Shown: positions 21,137 to 31,414 of the stretch, piece by piece
Numbering within the stretch: position 1 is the stretch's first letter
Layout: every line of letters begins with the position of its first letter
Source of the DNA: Nitrospiria bacterium
Lineage (GTDB): Bacteria; Nitrospirota; UBA9217
Reading direction: 5' to 3'
Assembly: GCA_919902495.1 (NCBI GenBank)
Contig: CAKKRC010000012.1
Span: 71,865 to 135,864 of the forward strand
Length of the DNA stretch: 64,000 bases
Made by a program: the position numbers and the translations under genes
The notes under the pieces: generated by a model
The model's database searches: none
What the model was told of the DNA's origin: nothing
What the model saw: the letters and a program-made list of their open reading frames with translations, nothing else

Positions 21137-21540
21137 CGGGTGAGTGGGCTCAGACAGTCCGAAATGTTTAACCCTCGTTCTCGGTCGCCTGCCTGGATTG
21201 AAGCTCCCAAATGAAACGGCATTGGAGCTTCGATCCTCAAGGTTGCGTGTTTATTCTAATCGCTCGCTATGCGCTCGCTCCTGGATTTTCACACGGGACT
21301 GCAGCGTCACTAGAGTCTGAAAAGGCGCTGCTTTACGCTCCCCTGGTCATTCCGGATTCTGCCTCTTCCCCGTGTCTCCCCATCACGTGTCGCTTAGAAG
21401 CGCCTACTTCTGGCCCCGAGTCGGCTGTCGCTTCTCCGGCTTTTGTTTTGCTCTCTCCCCTCAGGCATAGTATAATCTCCTATGTCACGCGCGCTCAAAG
21501 AGAAGGCCGCGGCCCTGCTCGCCGCGGAGCGGGGGACCGT
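21137..21540 (+). promoter_or_regulatory. copy B of duplicated leader; 5' UTR/upstream region of radical-SAM gene with two internal insertions
   Basis: homologous to 14255-14461; contains one dispersed gcttagaagcgcctacttctgg repeat. Confidence 0.55.
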
Positions 21541-23209
21541 GTTCAAGGCGGCCGGCGCCGACGTAGAGATCGCCCTGGCCTACCCCAACACCTACCATGT
21601 GGGCATGTCAAACCTCGGCGTGCATCAGATCTATTCCGTCCTGAACGGCCGTGATGATACGGCGTGCGAGCGGGTGTTCCTTCCCGACGAGGACGACATT
21701 GCCGAATACGACCGGTCGGGAACACGGCTCTTCGCGCTCGAAAGCCGGCGGCCGGTGCGGGAGTTCGACATCCTCGCCTTTTCCGTTTCCTTCGAGCACG
21801 ATTACCTCAACGTCCTGGAGATGCTCCGCCTTGCCGGGATACCGCCGGACAAAAAGGACCGCGGACCGGGCGACCCGCTCCTCGTCCTGGGCGGGATCTG
21901 CACGTTCTTCAATCCTGAACCGCTCTCGGAGTTCTTCGACATCGTGATCGTGGGAGAGGGCGAAGAGATCGCCGGCGAGTTCCTCGACCGGTACACGGCG
22001 AACCGGGGAAAAGAGCGGCAGGAACTGCTCAAGGCCCTCTGCGGCCTCAGGGGAGTTTATATACCGGAGTTCTACGAGGTCCTGTACAACGACGACGGTA
22101 CGATCCGCGAGCGGCGTTCGCTCGTTGCAGAAGCTCCCGCGACGATCGTGAAGCGCAGCGTTCAGGACATCGACCGGAATCCTGCCGCCACGGTCATTCT
22201 CTCGCCGAACACCGAGTTCAGCGACATGCACCTCGCCGAGGTGACCAGGGGATGCGGCAGGCACTGCCGGTTCTGCATGGCAGGCTACATCTATCTCCCA
22301 CCACGGAACCTGTCGGCAGAGCAGGCGCGGGGCGAGGCACAGAAGGCGGACGAGACGTGCGGAAAGATCGGCCTCGTCGGGTCCGCCCTGTCCGATTATC
22401 CCGGCGTCGACGACCTCTGCTCGTCCATCGCGGGAAGCCTGTCCGTATCGTCCCTGCGCGCCGACTCGCTGAGCAAAACGCTCATCGACCGGCTGGCGAA
22501 GAGCGGCCACAAGACCATCGCCATCGCGCCCGAGGCCGGCTCCGAGCGCCTTCGGAAGGTCATCAACAAGGGCGTGACCGAGGAGGACATCCTGCGCGCC
22601 GCGGACCTCGTCTTCGGCGCGGGCATTCCCAACATGAAATTATACTTCATCATCGGCCTGCCGACGGAGACCCAGGACGACATGGAAGAGATCATCAGGC
22701 TCGCGGAAAAGATCCACGAGGTCCAGCTCCGCCACGCGCGGCCCGCCGGCAGGATCGGAAGGATCACGCTGTCGGTGAACTCCTTCATCCCCAAACCCTT
22801 CACGCCCTTCCAGTGGGAGCCCATGGAGGACGTCCCGAGCCTGAACCGGAAACAGCGCCTGCTCGAAAAGGCCGTGAAGAAGATCGGCAACATGAACATC
22901 ATCCACGACCTTCCCAAGTGGGAGTTCATCCAGGCGCTGCTCAGCCGGGGCGACCGCAGGGTCGGCAGGCTGCTCAGGGCCGCCCATGAACGACACGGCG
23001 ACTGGAAGGGCGTAGCCCGCGAGCTCGGCATGGACATGGAACTGTTCGTCACGCGGCGGCGGGGCTTCGACGAGGTCCTTCCCTGGGATTTCGTTGACAT
23101 CGGCGTGCGAAAAGAATATCTTAAGAACGAGTACGGGCGCGCCCTCGAAGGGAAGTTCACTCCGCCCTGCAGGGTCGGCTCGTGCACGGCCTGCGGGGTG
23201 TGCGAGTAA
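21482..23209 (+). CDS. B12-binding-domain radical SAM protein
   Basis: 575 aa; CGRHCRFC CxxxCxxC motif; N-terminal cobalamin-binding-like domain. Confidence 0.85.
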   Translation: MSRALKEKAAALLAAERGTVFKAAGADVEIALAYPNTYHVGMSNLGVHQIYSVLNGRDDTACERVFLPDEDDIAEYDRSGTRLFALESRRPVREFDILAFSVSFEHDYLNVLEMLRLAGIPPDKKDRGPGDPLLVLGGICTFFNPEPLSEFFDIVIVGEGEEIAGEFLDRYTANRGKERQELLKALCGLRGVYIPEFYEVLYNDDGTIRERRSLVAEAPATIVKRSVQDIDRNPAATVILSPNTEFSDMHLAEVTRGCGRHCRFCMAGYIYLPPRNLSAEQARGEAQKADETCGKIGLVGSALSDYPGVDDLCSSIAGSLSVSSLRADSLSKTLIDRLAKSGHKTIAIAPEAGSERLRKVINKGVTEEDILRAADLVFGAGIPNMKLYFIIGLPTETQDDMEEIIRLAEKIHEVQLRHARPAGRIGRITLSVNSFIPKPFTPFQWEPMEDVPSLNRKQRLLEKAVKKIGNMNIIHDLPKWEFIQALLSRGDRRVGRLLRAAHERHGDWKGVARELGMDMELFVTRRRGFDEVLPWDFVDIGVRKEYLKNEYGRALEGKFTPPCRVGSCTACGVCE

Positions 23210-23239
23210 AGGGCAGGACCGGACAAACGACGATGTCGT

Positions 23240-23420
23240 AACCACAGATGTCCAGAAGTAGGCGCCTCCAGGCGACACGGTTGAGATCAGGATCAAGAGC
23301 CAGCAACGACTTCTTTGCAACCATAGATGAACACAGATAGTCACAGATGAAAGACTAAAAAAACCAAATTTCTGATCGTTTAAACCTAATTGTCTTGCTG
23401 TCATCTGTGTTAATCTGTGG
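23240..23420. repeat. 8-nt periodic cacagatg/aacacaga micro-repeats (both orientations)
   Basis: accacagatgtccag, accatagatgaacacagatagtcacagatg, tcatctgtgttaatctgtggtt; partner block at 24330-24515. Confidence 0.65.
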
Positions 23421-23518
23421 TTGAACGAAGGATCAAGTCTGTTTCAAGACATATGTGTATTGCTGTTATCCGTGTCCATCAATGTTCAGCTGTGGCTCCA
23501 CCTGCTGTTATTAGGATC

Positions 23519-24307
23519 ATGAATACCGTAAAAACACATCATTCCAAGGACACCATCGACGGCTCGGTCAGGGAGACGGGATTCCTGACGATCCCCGCCC
23601 TTGACAAGGAAAGCAGGATCCTTCACGCTTTCACGACGCGGCACGGCGGCCTGGGCGGCAGGGGAAACGGCGCACGGCATCGCGACGACTGGACCGCCAT
23701 GGCACACTCCTTCGGCATCCGCATCGACCGGCTCGCGACCGTGAGCCAGGTGCACGGCGAGAACATCATCAAGGTGGATGAAATGAACATCCGCGACGTC
23801 CGGGCCGTGCATGCCGACGCCATGATCACCCGCGTGCAGGGCATCGCCATCGGCGTGGAGACCGCGGACTGCGTGCCGGTCCTGCTCTACGATCCGGTGA
23901 TGCACGCCGTGGCCGCGGTCCACGCGGGATGGAGGAGCACCGTGAAGAAGATCGTACAGAAGACGGTGAACCGCATGCACGAGGAGTTCGGCACGGAGTC
24001 CTCGCGGCTCATCGCGGCGATCGGTCCCGCTATTTGCGGGAAGTGCTACGAGGTGGACGAGCCGGTCATGGGGCCGGTGCGCGAGGCCTTTTCCTTCTGG
24101 CCGGAGGTGTCGGCTCCGCGCGGGACGGACCGGTGGAGCCTTGATCTTGTCAAAGCGAACAAGCTCGAGCTGATGCAGATCGGCCTCGAGGAAAAGAATA
24201 TCCATTCCGTCGGAATGTGCACTGCCTGCAAGAAGGACAGTTTCTATTCCTTCCGCGCCGAGGGAAAGACCGGAAGGATGCTGTCGGTGATCATGGTGAA
24301 GCCGTGA
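23519..24307 (+). CDS. pgeF: peptidoglycan editing factor PgeF/YfiH (DUF152 multicopper polyphenol oxidoreductase family)
   Basis: HG..I..V.E...ADCVPV and HAGWRST motifs; start set at Met 23519 downstream of repeat-derived extension. Confidence 0.85.
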   Translation: MNTVKTHHSKDTIDGSVRETGFLTIPALDKESRILHAFTTRHGGLGGRGNGARHRDDWTAMAHSFGIRIDRLATVSQVHGENIIKVDEMNIRDVRAVHADAMITRVQGIAIGVETADCVPVLLYDPVMHAVAAVHAGWRSTVKKIVQKTVNRMHEEFGTESSRLIAAIGPAICGKCYEVDEPVMGPVREAFSFWPEVSAPRGTDRWSLDLVKANKLELMQIGLEEKNIHSVGMCTACKKDSFYSFRAEGKTGRMLSVIMVKP

Positions 24308-24329
24308 AGAGCGGACAACCACAAATGAA

Positions 24330-24515
24330 CACGGTTAAGACAGGATCAAGTGCTAAAAACGACAACATTGTAACCACAGATGAACACAGATAACGGCAAA
24401 TAAATTTCAACGCGTATAAGCAGTGATCGATTCGAAGGAAGAGCTAAAAGGCAGTTAACGCCTTTAATTGCACTATCAGTGTTAATCTGTGTTCATCTGT
24501 GGTTGCATAAGTTCT
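24330..24515. repeat. cacagatgaacacagat micro-repeat block
   Basis: aaccacaaatgaacacgg, accacagatgaacacagataacgg, tgttaatctgtgttcatctgtggtt; inverted relative to 23240-23420, so pgeF is flanked. Confidence 0.65.
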
Positions 24516-24516
24516 T

Positions 24517-25203
24517 ATGTCAGTTCCTGAGAATTTAAAGATAGTCATGGATCGCATTGCCTTCGCGGCGAAGCGCGCGGGCAGGGACCCATCATCCGTC
24601 AGGCTCGTCGTCGTCACGAAGACCGTGGATGCTGCACGCATCCGCGAGGCCGTTGCCGCGGGTGCCGCCATCCTCGGCGAGAACCGTGTGCAGGAGGCGA
24701 AGGAAAAGATCGAGGCCCTCGGCAAAATAGCCGGATGGCATCTTATCGGCCACCTCCAGACGAACAAAGCGAAGTATGCCGTGAAGCTCTTCGATCTCAT
24801 TCACTCCGTGGACAACCTTGAGCTTGCGCAAGAGATCGACCATCAGGCGGCGAAGATAGGGAAAGTGCAGAACGTCCTGATCGAAGTGAACATCGCCGGC
24901 GAAGCGAGCAAGGCCGGCATGGCGGTCAAGGAAGCGCCGGGTCTGGCGGCAGCCGTGGCCCGGCTCAAGAACATCTCCATCCGGGGACTTATGACCATGC
25001 CGCCGTACTCTGAGAACCCTGAGGAATCGCGGCCTTATTTCAGCGTGCTGCGGGAACTGGCCGAGACCATCGCGAAGGACAGCCTCCCCAACGTCTCGAT
25101 GCAGGAGCTGTCCATGGGCATGAGCGGCGACTTCGAGGTTGCCATCGAGGAAGGGGCGACCCTGGTAAGAGTGGGGACGGCGATATTTGGGAATAGAGGC
25201 TGA
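24517..25203 (+). CDS. yggS: YggS-family pyridoxal phosphate homeostasis protein
   Basis: 228 aa alanine-racemase-N-like fold; VVTKTV...K motif; conserved ftsZ-downstream synteny. Confidence 0.9.
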   Translation: MSVPENLKIVMDRIAFAAKRAGRDPSSVRLVVVTKTVDAARIREAVAAGAAILGENRVQEAKEKIEALGKIAGWHLIGHLQTNKAKYAVKLFDLIHSVDNLELAQEIDHQAAKIGKVQNVLIEVNIAGEASKAGMAVKEAPGLAAAVARLKNISIRGLMTMPPYSENPEESRPYFSVLRELAETIAKDSLPNVSMQELSMGMSGDFEVAIEEGATLVRVGTAIFGNRG

Positions 25204-25310
25204 AGTTGGGAAGATAAGAAGTTGAGAGGTTGGGAAACAGTGGTGCGAAGATTTTCGCAGAGTCCCACCCTCCCGCCTTCTTAACTTCGAGGTTTTCTCC
25301 TGGAGGAATT

Positions 25311-26123
25311 ATGGCCATAGATAGCAAGATCGCCTTCCTCGGCGGCGGGAACATGGCCGAGGCGCTCATCAAGGGTATGCTTGCCGCCGGTGTGGCGAAG
25401 GCGGACCAGATCCTCGTGTCGGACGTGTCCAGCGAGCGGCTGGAGCTGCTCAACAAGACCTACGGCATCGTTATCCAGAGGAGCAACAAGGACGCCGCCA
25501 CGCAGGCCGATATCATTCTCCTGTGCGTGAAGCCCCAGATCATCGACGTCGTGCTGTCCAAAATCGAGCTGGTGGCGAACCACGAGAAGCTCGTGATCTC
25601 CATCGCCGCGGGCGTGACCATCGCCCGGATCGAGAAGATGCTGACGAACAAGCCCCGCGTCATCCGGGTGATGCCGAACACGCCGGCCCTGGTGCTGTCC
25701 GGCGCGGCGGGACTTGCGGCAGGATCGACCTCAACGGTCTCGGACATGATGACGGCCCAGCAGATCTTCGGCGCCGTCGGACGGGCCGTGGTAGTTGAGG
25801 AGAAGCTCATGGACGCGGTGACGGGCCTCTCGGGCAGCGGGCCGGCCTACGTCTTCACGATCATCGAGGCCCTGGCCGACGCGGGCGCGAAGGCGGGCAT
25901 TCCCCGGGAACTGGCCCTGGAGCTTTCGGCCCAGACCGTGTACGGCGCGGCGAAGATGGTGCTCGAGACCCATGAACAACCCGGCAGGCTCCGGGAGAAG
26001 GTGACCTCGCCCGGCGGAACGACCATTGAAGGTCTGCATATGCTGGAGAAGGGGAAACTGCGTGAAACGCTCATGAACGCGGTTGCGGCGGCGACGGCGC
26101 GGAGCAGGGAGCTGGGGAAGTAG
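25311..26123 (+). CDS. proC: pyrroline-5-carboxylate reductase
   Basis: IAFLGGGNMAEAL Rossmann motif; RBS ggagga before ATG 25311. Confidence 0.9.
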   Translation: MAIDSKIAFLGGGNMAEALIKGMLAAGVAKADQILVSDVSSERLELLNKTYGIVIQRSNKDAATQADIILLCVKPQIIDVVLSKIELVANHEKLVISIAAGVTIARIEKMLTNKPRVIRVMPNTPALVLSGAAGLAAGSTSTVSDMMTAQQIFGAVGRAVVVEEKLMDAVTGLSGSGPAYVFTIIEALADAGAKAGIPRELALELSAQTVYGAAKMVLETHEQPGRLREKVTSPGGTTIEGLHMLEKGKLRETLMNAVAAATARSRELGK

Positions 26124-26300
26124 TTACAACATCGACGCGGGGACACGGAGACGCGGAGACACGGGGAAGATGCAACTGACAAGGGGACAAGGGGAAAGTA
26201 CAACAAAGACACGGGCACGGCTGAAGGTAGGAAGGCAGGAAGTTAAGAAGGCAAGAAGTTGGGCCGCTGCTTACCCTCTTACCTTCTCATCTTCTTAACT
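26120..26300. repeat. 8-nt periodic repeats (cggRgacR then gaagNNNN) ending in an inverted-repeat hairpin upstream of yggT
   Basis: gacacggagacgcggagacacgggga ... gaaggtag gaaggcag gaagttaa gaaggcaa gaagttgg followed by reverse complement cttaccctcttaccttctcatcttcttaacttc. Confidence 0.65.
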
Positions 26301-26324
26301 TCATGATGTACATCGGGAGGAACA

Positions 26325-26627
26325 ATGTTCGCAATCGGCAACATCATACTGGGCATCGCCAAGGTCCTGGGGATCGTCCTCAATATCTATATGTGGACCA
26401 TCATCATCCGGGCGCTTCTCTCCTGGGTAAGTCCGGACCCCTACAATCCCATCGTCCAGGTCCTGACGCGGGTCACCGAGCCGGTGCTCCGGCCGCTCCG
26501 GAAACTGGTGCCGCCATTCAGGACAGGAGGGGTCGATCTTTCGCCGCTCATCGCGATCCTGATCATCTACTTCCTGGAGATCGCGGTCGTGGACACGCTG
26601 GTCCGCTTCGGCCATTCTTTGCGTTAA
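26325..26627 (+). CDS. yggT: YggT-family membrane protein
   Basis: 100 aa, two TM helices, YggT signature; synteny. Confidence 0.8.
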   Translation: MFAIGNIILGIAKVLGIVLNIYMWTIIIRALLSWVSPDPYNPIVQVLTRVTEPVLRPLRKLVPPFRTGGVDLSPLIAILIIYFLEIAVVDTLVRFGHSLR

Positions 26628-26640
26628 CACAAGGGAGAAC

Positions 26641-27135
26641 ATGCATATGAAAGTCACGCCGCTCGACATTCAGCAGAAACGGTTCCACGTCGCCTTCCGG
26701 GGCTACGAACGCTCCGAGGTCGAGGCGTTCCTCGACGTGGTGCGCGAGGAGATGGAGGGCCTCGTGCGCGAGGTGACCGAACTCCGCGAGTTCCACTTGA
26801 CCTACAACGAGCGCATGCAGGACTACCGGGGCCGCGAAGACACGCTCAAGAGCACCATGATCACGACGCACAAGCTTGTCGAGGACCTCAAGGAGAACGC
26901 CCGCAAGGAATCGGCGCTCATGGTGAAGGACGCAGAGATCAAGTACCAGCAGACCCTTGAGCGCGCCCGTGAAGAGCGGCTCCGCCTGGAATCGGAGATC
27001 ATCGAGCTGCGGCGCCGGAAGCACCACTTCCTCGAGGACATGAAAAAGATGATCAATATGCATCTGGAGATGGCCCATTTCGAGGAGGGCGGCGGTGAAG
27101 GGAAGGCCGAGCAGCCGGAAGCAAAAGCAGACTGA
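26641..27135 (+). CDS. divIVA: DivIVA-domain cell division protein
   Basis: N-terminal TPLDIQQKRF...FRGY DivIVA motif, coiled coil. Confidence 0.85.
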   Translation: MHMKVTPLDIQQKRFHVAFRGYERSEVEAFLDVVREEMEGLVREVTELREFHLTYNERMQDYRGREDTLKSTMITTHKLVEDLKENARKESALMVKDAEIKYQQTLERAREERLRLESEIIELRRRKHHFLEDMKKMINMHLEMAHFEEGGGEGKAEQPEAKAD

Positions 27136-27409
27136 CGTCAGCGCCACTCTCTCCGTCCGGATCCAGCCACGCGCCTCGAAGAACGGCGTCACCCGGATGG
27201 AGGACGGCTCACTCAAGATCAGGCTGACGGCGCCGCCTGTTGACGGCGCCGCGAACGAGGCCCTGATCAAGTTCCTTTCCGACACCCTCTCCGTCGGCAG
27301 GTCGCAGGTCGAGATCGTCTCCGGCCATACCGGACGCCAGAAGATCGTCCGCATCGGCGGCATGAACGAGGCCGACGTCATTCAACTGTTGAATACCGCA
27401 AGGCAATAG
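27095..27409 (+). CDS. DUF167/YggU-family protein
   Basis: IRLTAPPVDGAANEALIKFLS motif; start uncertain, overlaps divIVA end. Confidence 0.65.
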   Translation: MKGRPSSRKQKQTDVSATLSVRIQPRASKNGVTRMEDGSLKIRLTAPPVDGAANEALIKFLSDTLSVGRSQVEIVSGHTGRQKIVRIGGMNEADVIQLLNTARQ

Positions 27410-27513
27410 GTTATTATAAATACAGTGGAGAACGACGATGAAGGTGATCCGGGCGGTTGTCCCCGTGTCACCCCGTCCCCGTGTCTCCGTGTCAGGCAAT
27501 TATTCTTAACAAG

Positions 27514-27863
27514 GGGGGCGACTGGCTTCGACGGGGATCGAGAGATCGAGAGTTGCATGCCGAGGTGCCATGGGGCTCGTAAAACACATGGCAACATAGA
27601 ACTGCCAATAACGAACTGGCATACGCTGCTTAACTAAGTAGCGCGTCTCCCGGCTGCCGCCCGAGCGGCTGAAGAGATGTCACAATTTGGGCTGGTCTCT
27701 CCGCTAGGACCGGGGCGGAGCGATAAGAACTACCGGACTGGCCGATCCCGGAGCTTTCCCTGAGGCGCCGGAGGAAGCGAGAGCTGTAAACGAGGGGATA
27801 AGCATGTATGAGCTTTCGGTTGAAGGTTTTCGGACGCGGGTTCAATTCCCGCCGCCTCCACCA
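27514..27863 (+). ncRNA. ssrA: transfer-messenger RNA (tmRNA, ssrA)
   Basis: 5' GGGGGCGACUGGCUUCGACGGGG and 3' GGUUCAAUUCCCGCCGCCUCCACCA tRNA-like ends; internal tag reading frame GCC AAU AAC GAA CUG GCA UAC GCU GCU UAA gives tag ANNELAYAA. Confidence 0.9.
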
Positions 27864-28191
27864 TAACTATTTGATATTGCTGTGTTATTTTGATTTTTTC
27901 CGAAAGCCTCCATTGAACTCATTCGGAGATCAGAGCTAAGTCCTTAAAGGATTTAGCTCTTTTTTTGTTTTCCAGCATGCACAGGTTTGGGGTACTTTTG
28001 GGGGTAAGTTGAAATTACCGATTTTCTAATAGTTGCAGTAATTCATGCGATTGGACAAACTGTTCAATGGCGTTCTTTGAATTCAAACACAGGACAAGGC
28101 AGCGGTACTTATAGAGAGTATTTGTCGCTTGTCATCGTGTAATGAATCATGCTATTCTACATACAGACTGATTCATTGATTTTATTATAAT

Positions 28192-28656
28192 ATGAGACGA
28201 CGCATCAAAATATATCTGGATACAAGTGTATATAACCGGCCTTTTGATGACCAAAGCCAGGCTAGGATCAGGCTTGAGGCGGAGGCCTTCCTGTCGATTT
28301 TAGAAAAAACGATGGCTGGTGCGGTCAGCATCATCAGTTCATCAGTGCTGGCTTACGAGAACAGCCTGTCACCTTTTCCTGAGCGCAAAGAACGGGTATC
28401 CCATTATGTTGCTCTGGCGTCGCGGTCCGTGAAAATGAGCGATACGATCAAGAAGAGAGCAACCTTATTGGAAGAGTCCGGTTTTGATTCGCTCGATGCC
28501 ATGCATCTTGCCTGTGCTGAATCCGGCGGCGCGGAATATTTTATCACCTGTGACGATACCATCATCAGGAAAGCCAGGAAAGAGGGGAATGCGGTTTCAC
28601 TGTCGGTATGTAGTCCCCTTGAATTTCTAGTAGAGGAGGTGTTTAAGAATGCTTAG
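28192..28656 (+). CDS. PIN-domain protein (VapC-like)
   Basis: IYLDTSVY ... DAMHLACAE ... FITCDD acidic PIN residues; 154 aa. Confidence 0.65.
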   Translation: MRRRIKIYLDTSVYNRPFDDQSQARIRLEAEAFLSILEKTMAGAVSIISSSVLAYENSLSPFPERKERVSHYVALASRSVKMSDTIKKRATLLEESGFDSLDAMHLACAESGGAEYFITCDDTIIRKARKEGNAVSLSVCSPLEFLVEEVFKNA

Positions 28657-28867
28657 AACACAGCAGAAAAACCTGAGCGGTTATGCGTTGAGAGATGCAG
28701 GCTGGGAGGCATTGGTAAATAATCTCGGTCTGATCAATGCAACACGATTCATAATGCAGTCTGAAACTGGATACGGAGATTACGCGAAAATCAGGAAAGG
28801 TGCCGTAAAGGGTAAACGCGTCGCCGATCTATATAAAGAGATAGTCCTGTTCGAGAAGAAGCATTAG
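28649..28867 (+). CDS. small hypothetical protein overlapping the PIN gene stop
   Basis: 72 aa ORF, 8-nt overlap with upstream gene; no recognisable motif. Confidence 0.3.
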   Translation: MLRTQQKNLSGYALRDAGWEALVNNLGLINATRFIMQSETGYGDYAKIRKGAVKGKRVADLYKEIVLFEKKH

Positions 28868-29014
28868 TAAGGTGCGGTTTCCTGCACGACTTTATTGATC
28901 ATGTCCGACAAGGTCGAGCGCCTCGCCTTGACCACGTATCCTCTTCTCGACACTCTGCGTCGCCTCCTTCCTCCTGTTCGTGGTGCCCTTGCCATTCCTT
29001 GATTTGGAGAATCG

Positions 29015-31414
29015 ATGTCTGACAAGAAAGCACTTCTCCAGGCCATAGCAAAAGAAGAAGCCCGGCTTTCGAGGTTGGACGGTGAACGCGAACAGGCGCT
29101 TTCAAGGCTCAATTCCCTCAAACATCAACTTGCCGCGCTGGAAGCAGCATGCGTTGAGCCATCGATAACCTACGCTTCCAGAACACCGCAGGAAAAAGTG
29201 TCATTGTTCCGCTCGCTATTTCGGGGGAGGGAGGATATCTTCCCGAAGTTATGGACGAGCCGTGCCGGCAAGAAAGGTTATTCTCCCGCCTGCTCGAATG
29301 ATTGGATCTCCGGCACGTGCGGAAAGACGCACAAACCGCCGGTAAAATGCAGCGAATGCTCCAATCGTAAATTCCTTCCAGTAACCGACCAGGTTATCAC
29401 GGATCATCTCCAGGGGCGTCACGTAATCGGCGTTTACCCAATGCTGCCTGACGATACCTGCTGGTTTCTTGCCGCTGACTTCGATAAAGAAACATGGATG
29501 GACGACGTCAGCGCCTTCCGTGAAACCTGTAAGAGTATGAATATCCCCGTGGTTGTCGAGCGTTCGCGTTCGGGAAACGGAGCGCACGCATGGTTTTTCT
29601 TTACTGAACCTGTGGCGGCAGCTACAGCGCGAACTATCGGATGTTACCTGATCACGGAAACCATGAGCCGGCGTCACCAACTCAGCATGGAATCCTACGA
29701 CCGGTTGTTTCCCAGCCAGGATACGCTGACCAAGGGCGGATTTGGGAATCTGATCGCACTGCCGTTTCAGCAGGAACCACGACAAAAGGGCAATACCGTG
29801 TTTTTGGATGAGAGTTTTACGCCTTATGAAGATCAATGGGCGTATCTGGCCTCGATCGAACGACTGTCTCCGAATGTCGTCCAACAGATCGCCAATGAAG
29901 CAATACGGCAGGGCGACGTGCTCGGGTTGCCCAGAGATTCCGAGGCAGAAAGTGACGATCAGGCACCATGGAACCGTACACCATCGCGTAAAAAACCGCT
30001 AAAGAAAATCAGCGGGAAATTTCCAACTGAAACGCACGGTGTTTTTGCTCAACGTCTGTTTGTCGAGAAGAAGGATTTGCCATCATCTTTTTTGACCCGC
30101 ATCAAACGGTTAGCTTCGTTTCAAAATCCGATGTTTTATGAGAAACAAAACTTGCGTCTCTCAACGGCCCGGATACCGCGTGTGATTTCCTGCTTTGAAG
30201 AGCTTCCCGAACATATTGCTGTCCCGAGAGGCTGTTTCGACAGACTTCAAGAGCTATTCGTGGAGCATGGTGTGAAACTCGTGCTCGATGACAAACGAAT
30301 TGCGCTGCCAGGACCATCTTATTCCTTTCAGGGAACGCTGAGAGAAGCGCAGCAAGAAGCCATCGACGAGATCCTTCATTACGATCTCGGCGTTCTATCC
30401 GCGCCGCCGGGATTTGGCAAGACCGTTATCGGCGCGTATCTCATTGCAAAACGCAGCTGTAGTACACTCGTACTCGTTCATCGAAAGGAATTGTTAGACC
30501 AATGGATCGCAAGGCTTTCCCTCTTTCTCGGAATTGATCCGAAAGAAATCGGCAAGATCGGGTCAGGCAAGAACAAGCCGAACGGGAGGTTGGATGTTGC
30601 GATGATCCAGAGCCTTGTCCGCAAAGACGAAGTTAGCGATCTGGTGGCCAACTATGGTCAGGTGATAGTGGATGAATGCCATCATCTCCCCGCTGTTTCC
30701 TTTGAGCGTGTCTTGAACGAGGTGAAAGCACGATACGTTGTCGGTTTGACGGCAACGCCGTATCGACGGGACGGGCACCAGCCGATCATTCACATGCAGT
30801 GTGGACCAGTCCGCTTTTCCGTTCATCCAAAAAGCCAAGATGCAAGATCGCAGTTCAAGCACCAGTTGATCTGCAGAACAACTGAATTTACCATGGAGAA
30901 TCCTGATGCCGCGATTCAGGACATTTTCGCAAATGTCGTTAACGACAAGATGCGAAACGCTCTTATTCTTGCTGATGTAAGGCAGGCGCTCAAGGAGGGA
31001 AGATTCCCGGTGCTTCTGACTGAGCGGAAAGAGCATTTGGACCTCCTCGCGGTCGGTTTACGAGATGATGTGAAGCACCTTATCGTTTTAAGCGGCAGAC
31101 TGTCAGCTAAAGAGCGGCGTGAAACCATGGCAAGACTCGCGGCAATTCCGGAAGGCGAAGTGCGACTCATTGCGGCAACTGGTCGTTACCTTGGAGAGGG
31201 CTTCGATGATCCCCAGCTTGATACATTGATTCTGGCAATGCCGTTTTCCTGGAAAGGTACCATCGTACAGTATGCGGGCAGGCTCCACCGGGAACATCCG
31301 GGGAAGCATGAAGTTCGAGTGTACGATTATATCGATGTCAAAGTGCCAAAGTTGTTTCGGATGCACAAGAAGAGGCTTCGCGGTTTCCGAGATATCGGAT
31401 ATATAATGGAATAA
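29015..31414 (+). CDS. archaeo-eukaryotic primase (PrimPol-like) - SF2 helicase fusion protein
   Basis: N-term coiled coil, Zn-ribbon CxxC..CxxC, AEP motifs (WFLAADFDKE; SGNGAHAWFFF); C-term helicase Walker A APPGFGKT, DECHH box, GLTATP motif III. Confidence 0.8.
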   Translation: MSDKKALLQAIAKEEARLSRLDGEREQALSRLNSLKHQLAALEAACVEPSITYASRTPQEKVSLFRSLFRGREDIFPKLWTSRAGKKGYSPACSNDWISGTCGKTHKPPVKCSECSNRKFLPVTDQVITDHLQGRHVIGVYPMLPDDTCWFLAADFDKETWMDDVSAFRETCKSMNIPVVVERSRSGNGAHAWFFFTEPVAAATARTIGCYLITETMSRRHQLSMESYDRLFPSQDTLTKGGFGNLIALPFQQEPRQKGNTVFLDESFTPYEDQWAYLASIERLSPNVVQQIANEAIRQGDVLGLPRDSEAESDDQAPWNRTPSRKKPLKKISGKFPTETHGVFAQRLFVEKKDLPSSFLTRIKRLASFQNPMFYEKQNLRLSTARIPRVISCFEELPEHIAVPRGCFDRLQELFVEHGVKLVLDDKRIALPGPSYSFQGTLREAQQEAIDEILHYDLGVLSAPPGFGKTVIGAYLIAKRSCSTLVLVHRKELLDQWIARLSLFLGIDPKEIGKIGSGKNKPNGRLDVAMIQSLVRKDEVSDLVANYGQVIVDECHHLPAVSFERVLNEVKARYVVGLTATPYRRDGHQPIIHMQCGPVRFSVHPKSQDARSQFKHQLICRTTEFTMENPDAAIQDIFANVVNDKMRNALILADVRQALKEGRFPVLLTERKEHLDLLAVGLRDDVKHLIVLSGRLSAKERRETMARLAAIPEGEVRLIAATGRYLGEGFDDPQLDTLILAMPFSWKGTIVQYAGRLHREHPGKHEVRVYDYIDVKVPKLFRMHKKRLRGFRDIGYIME

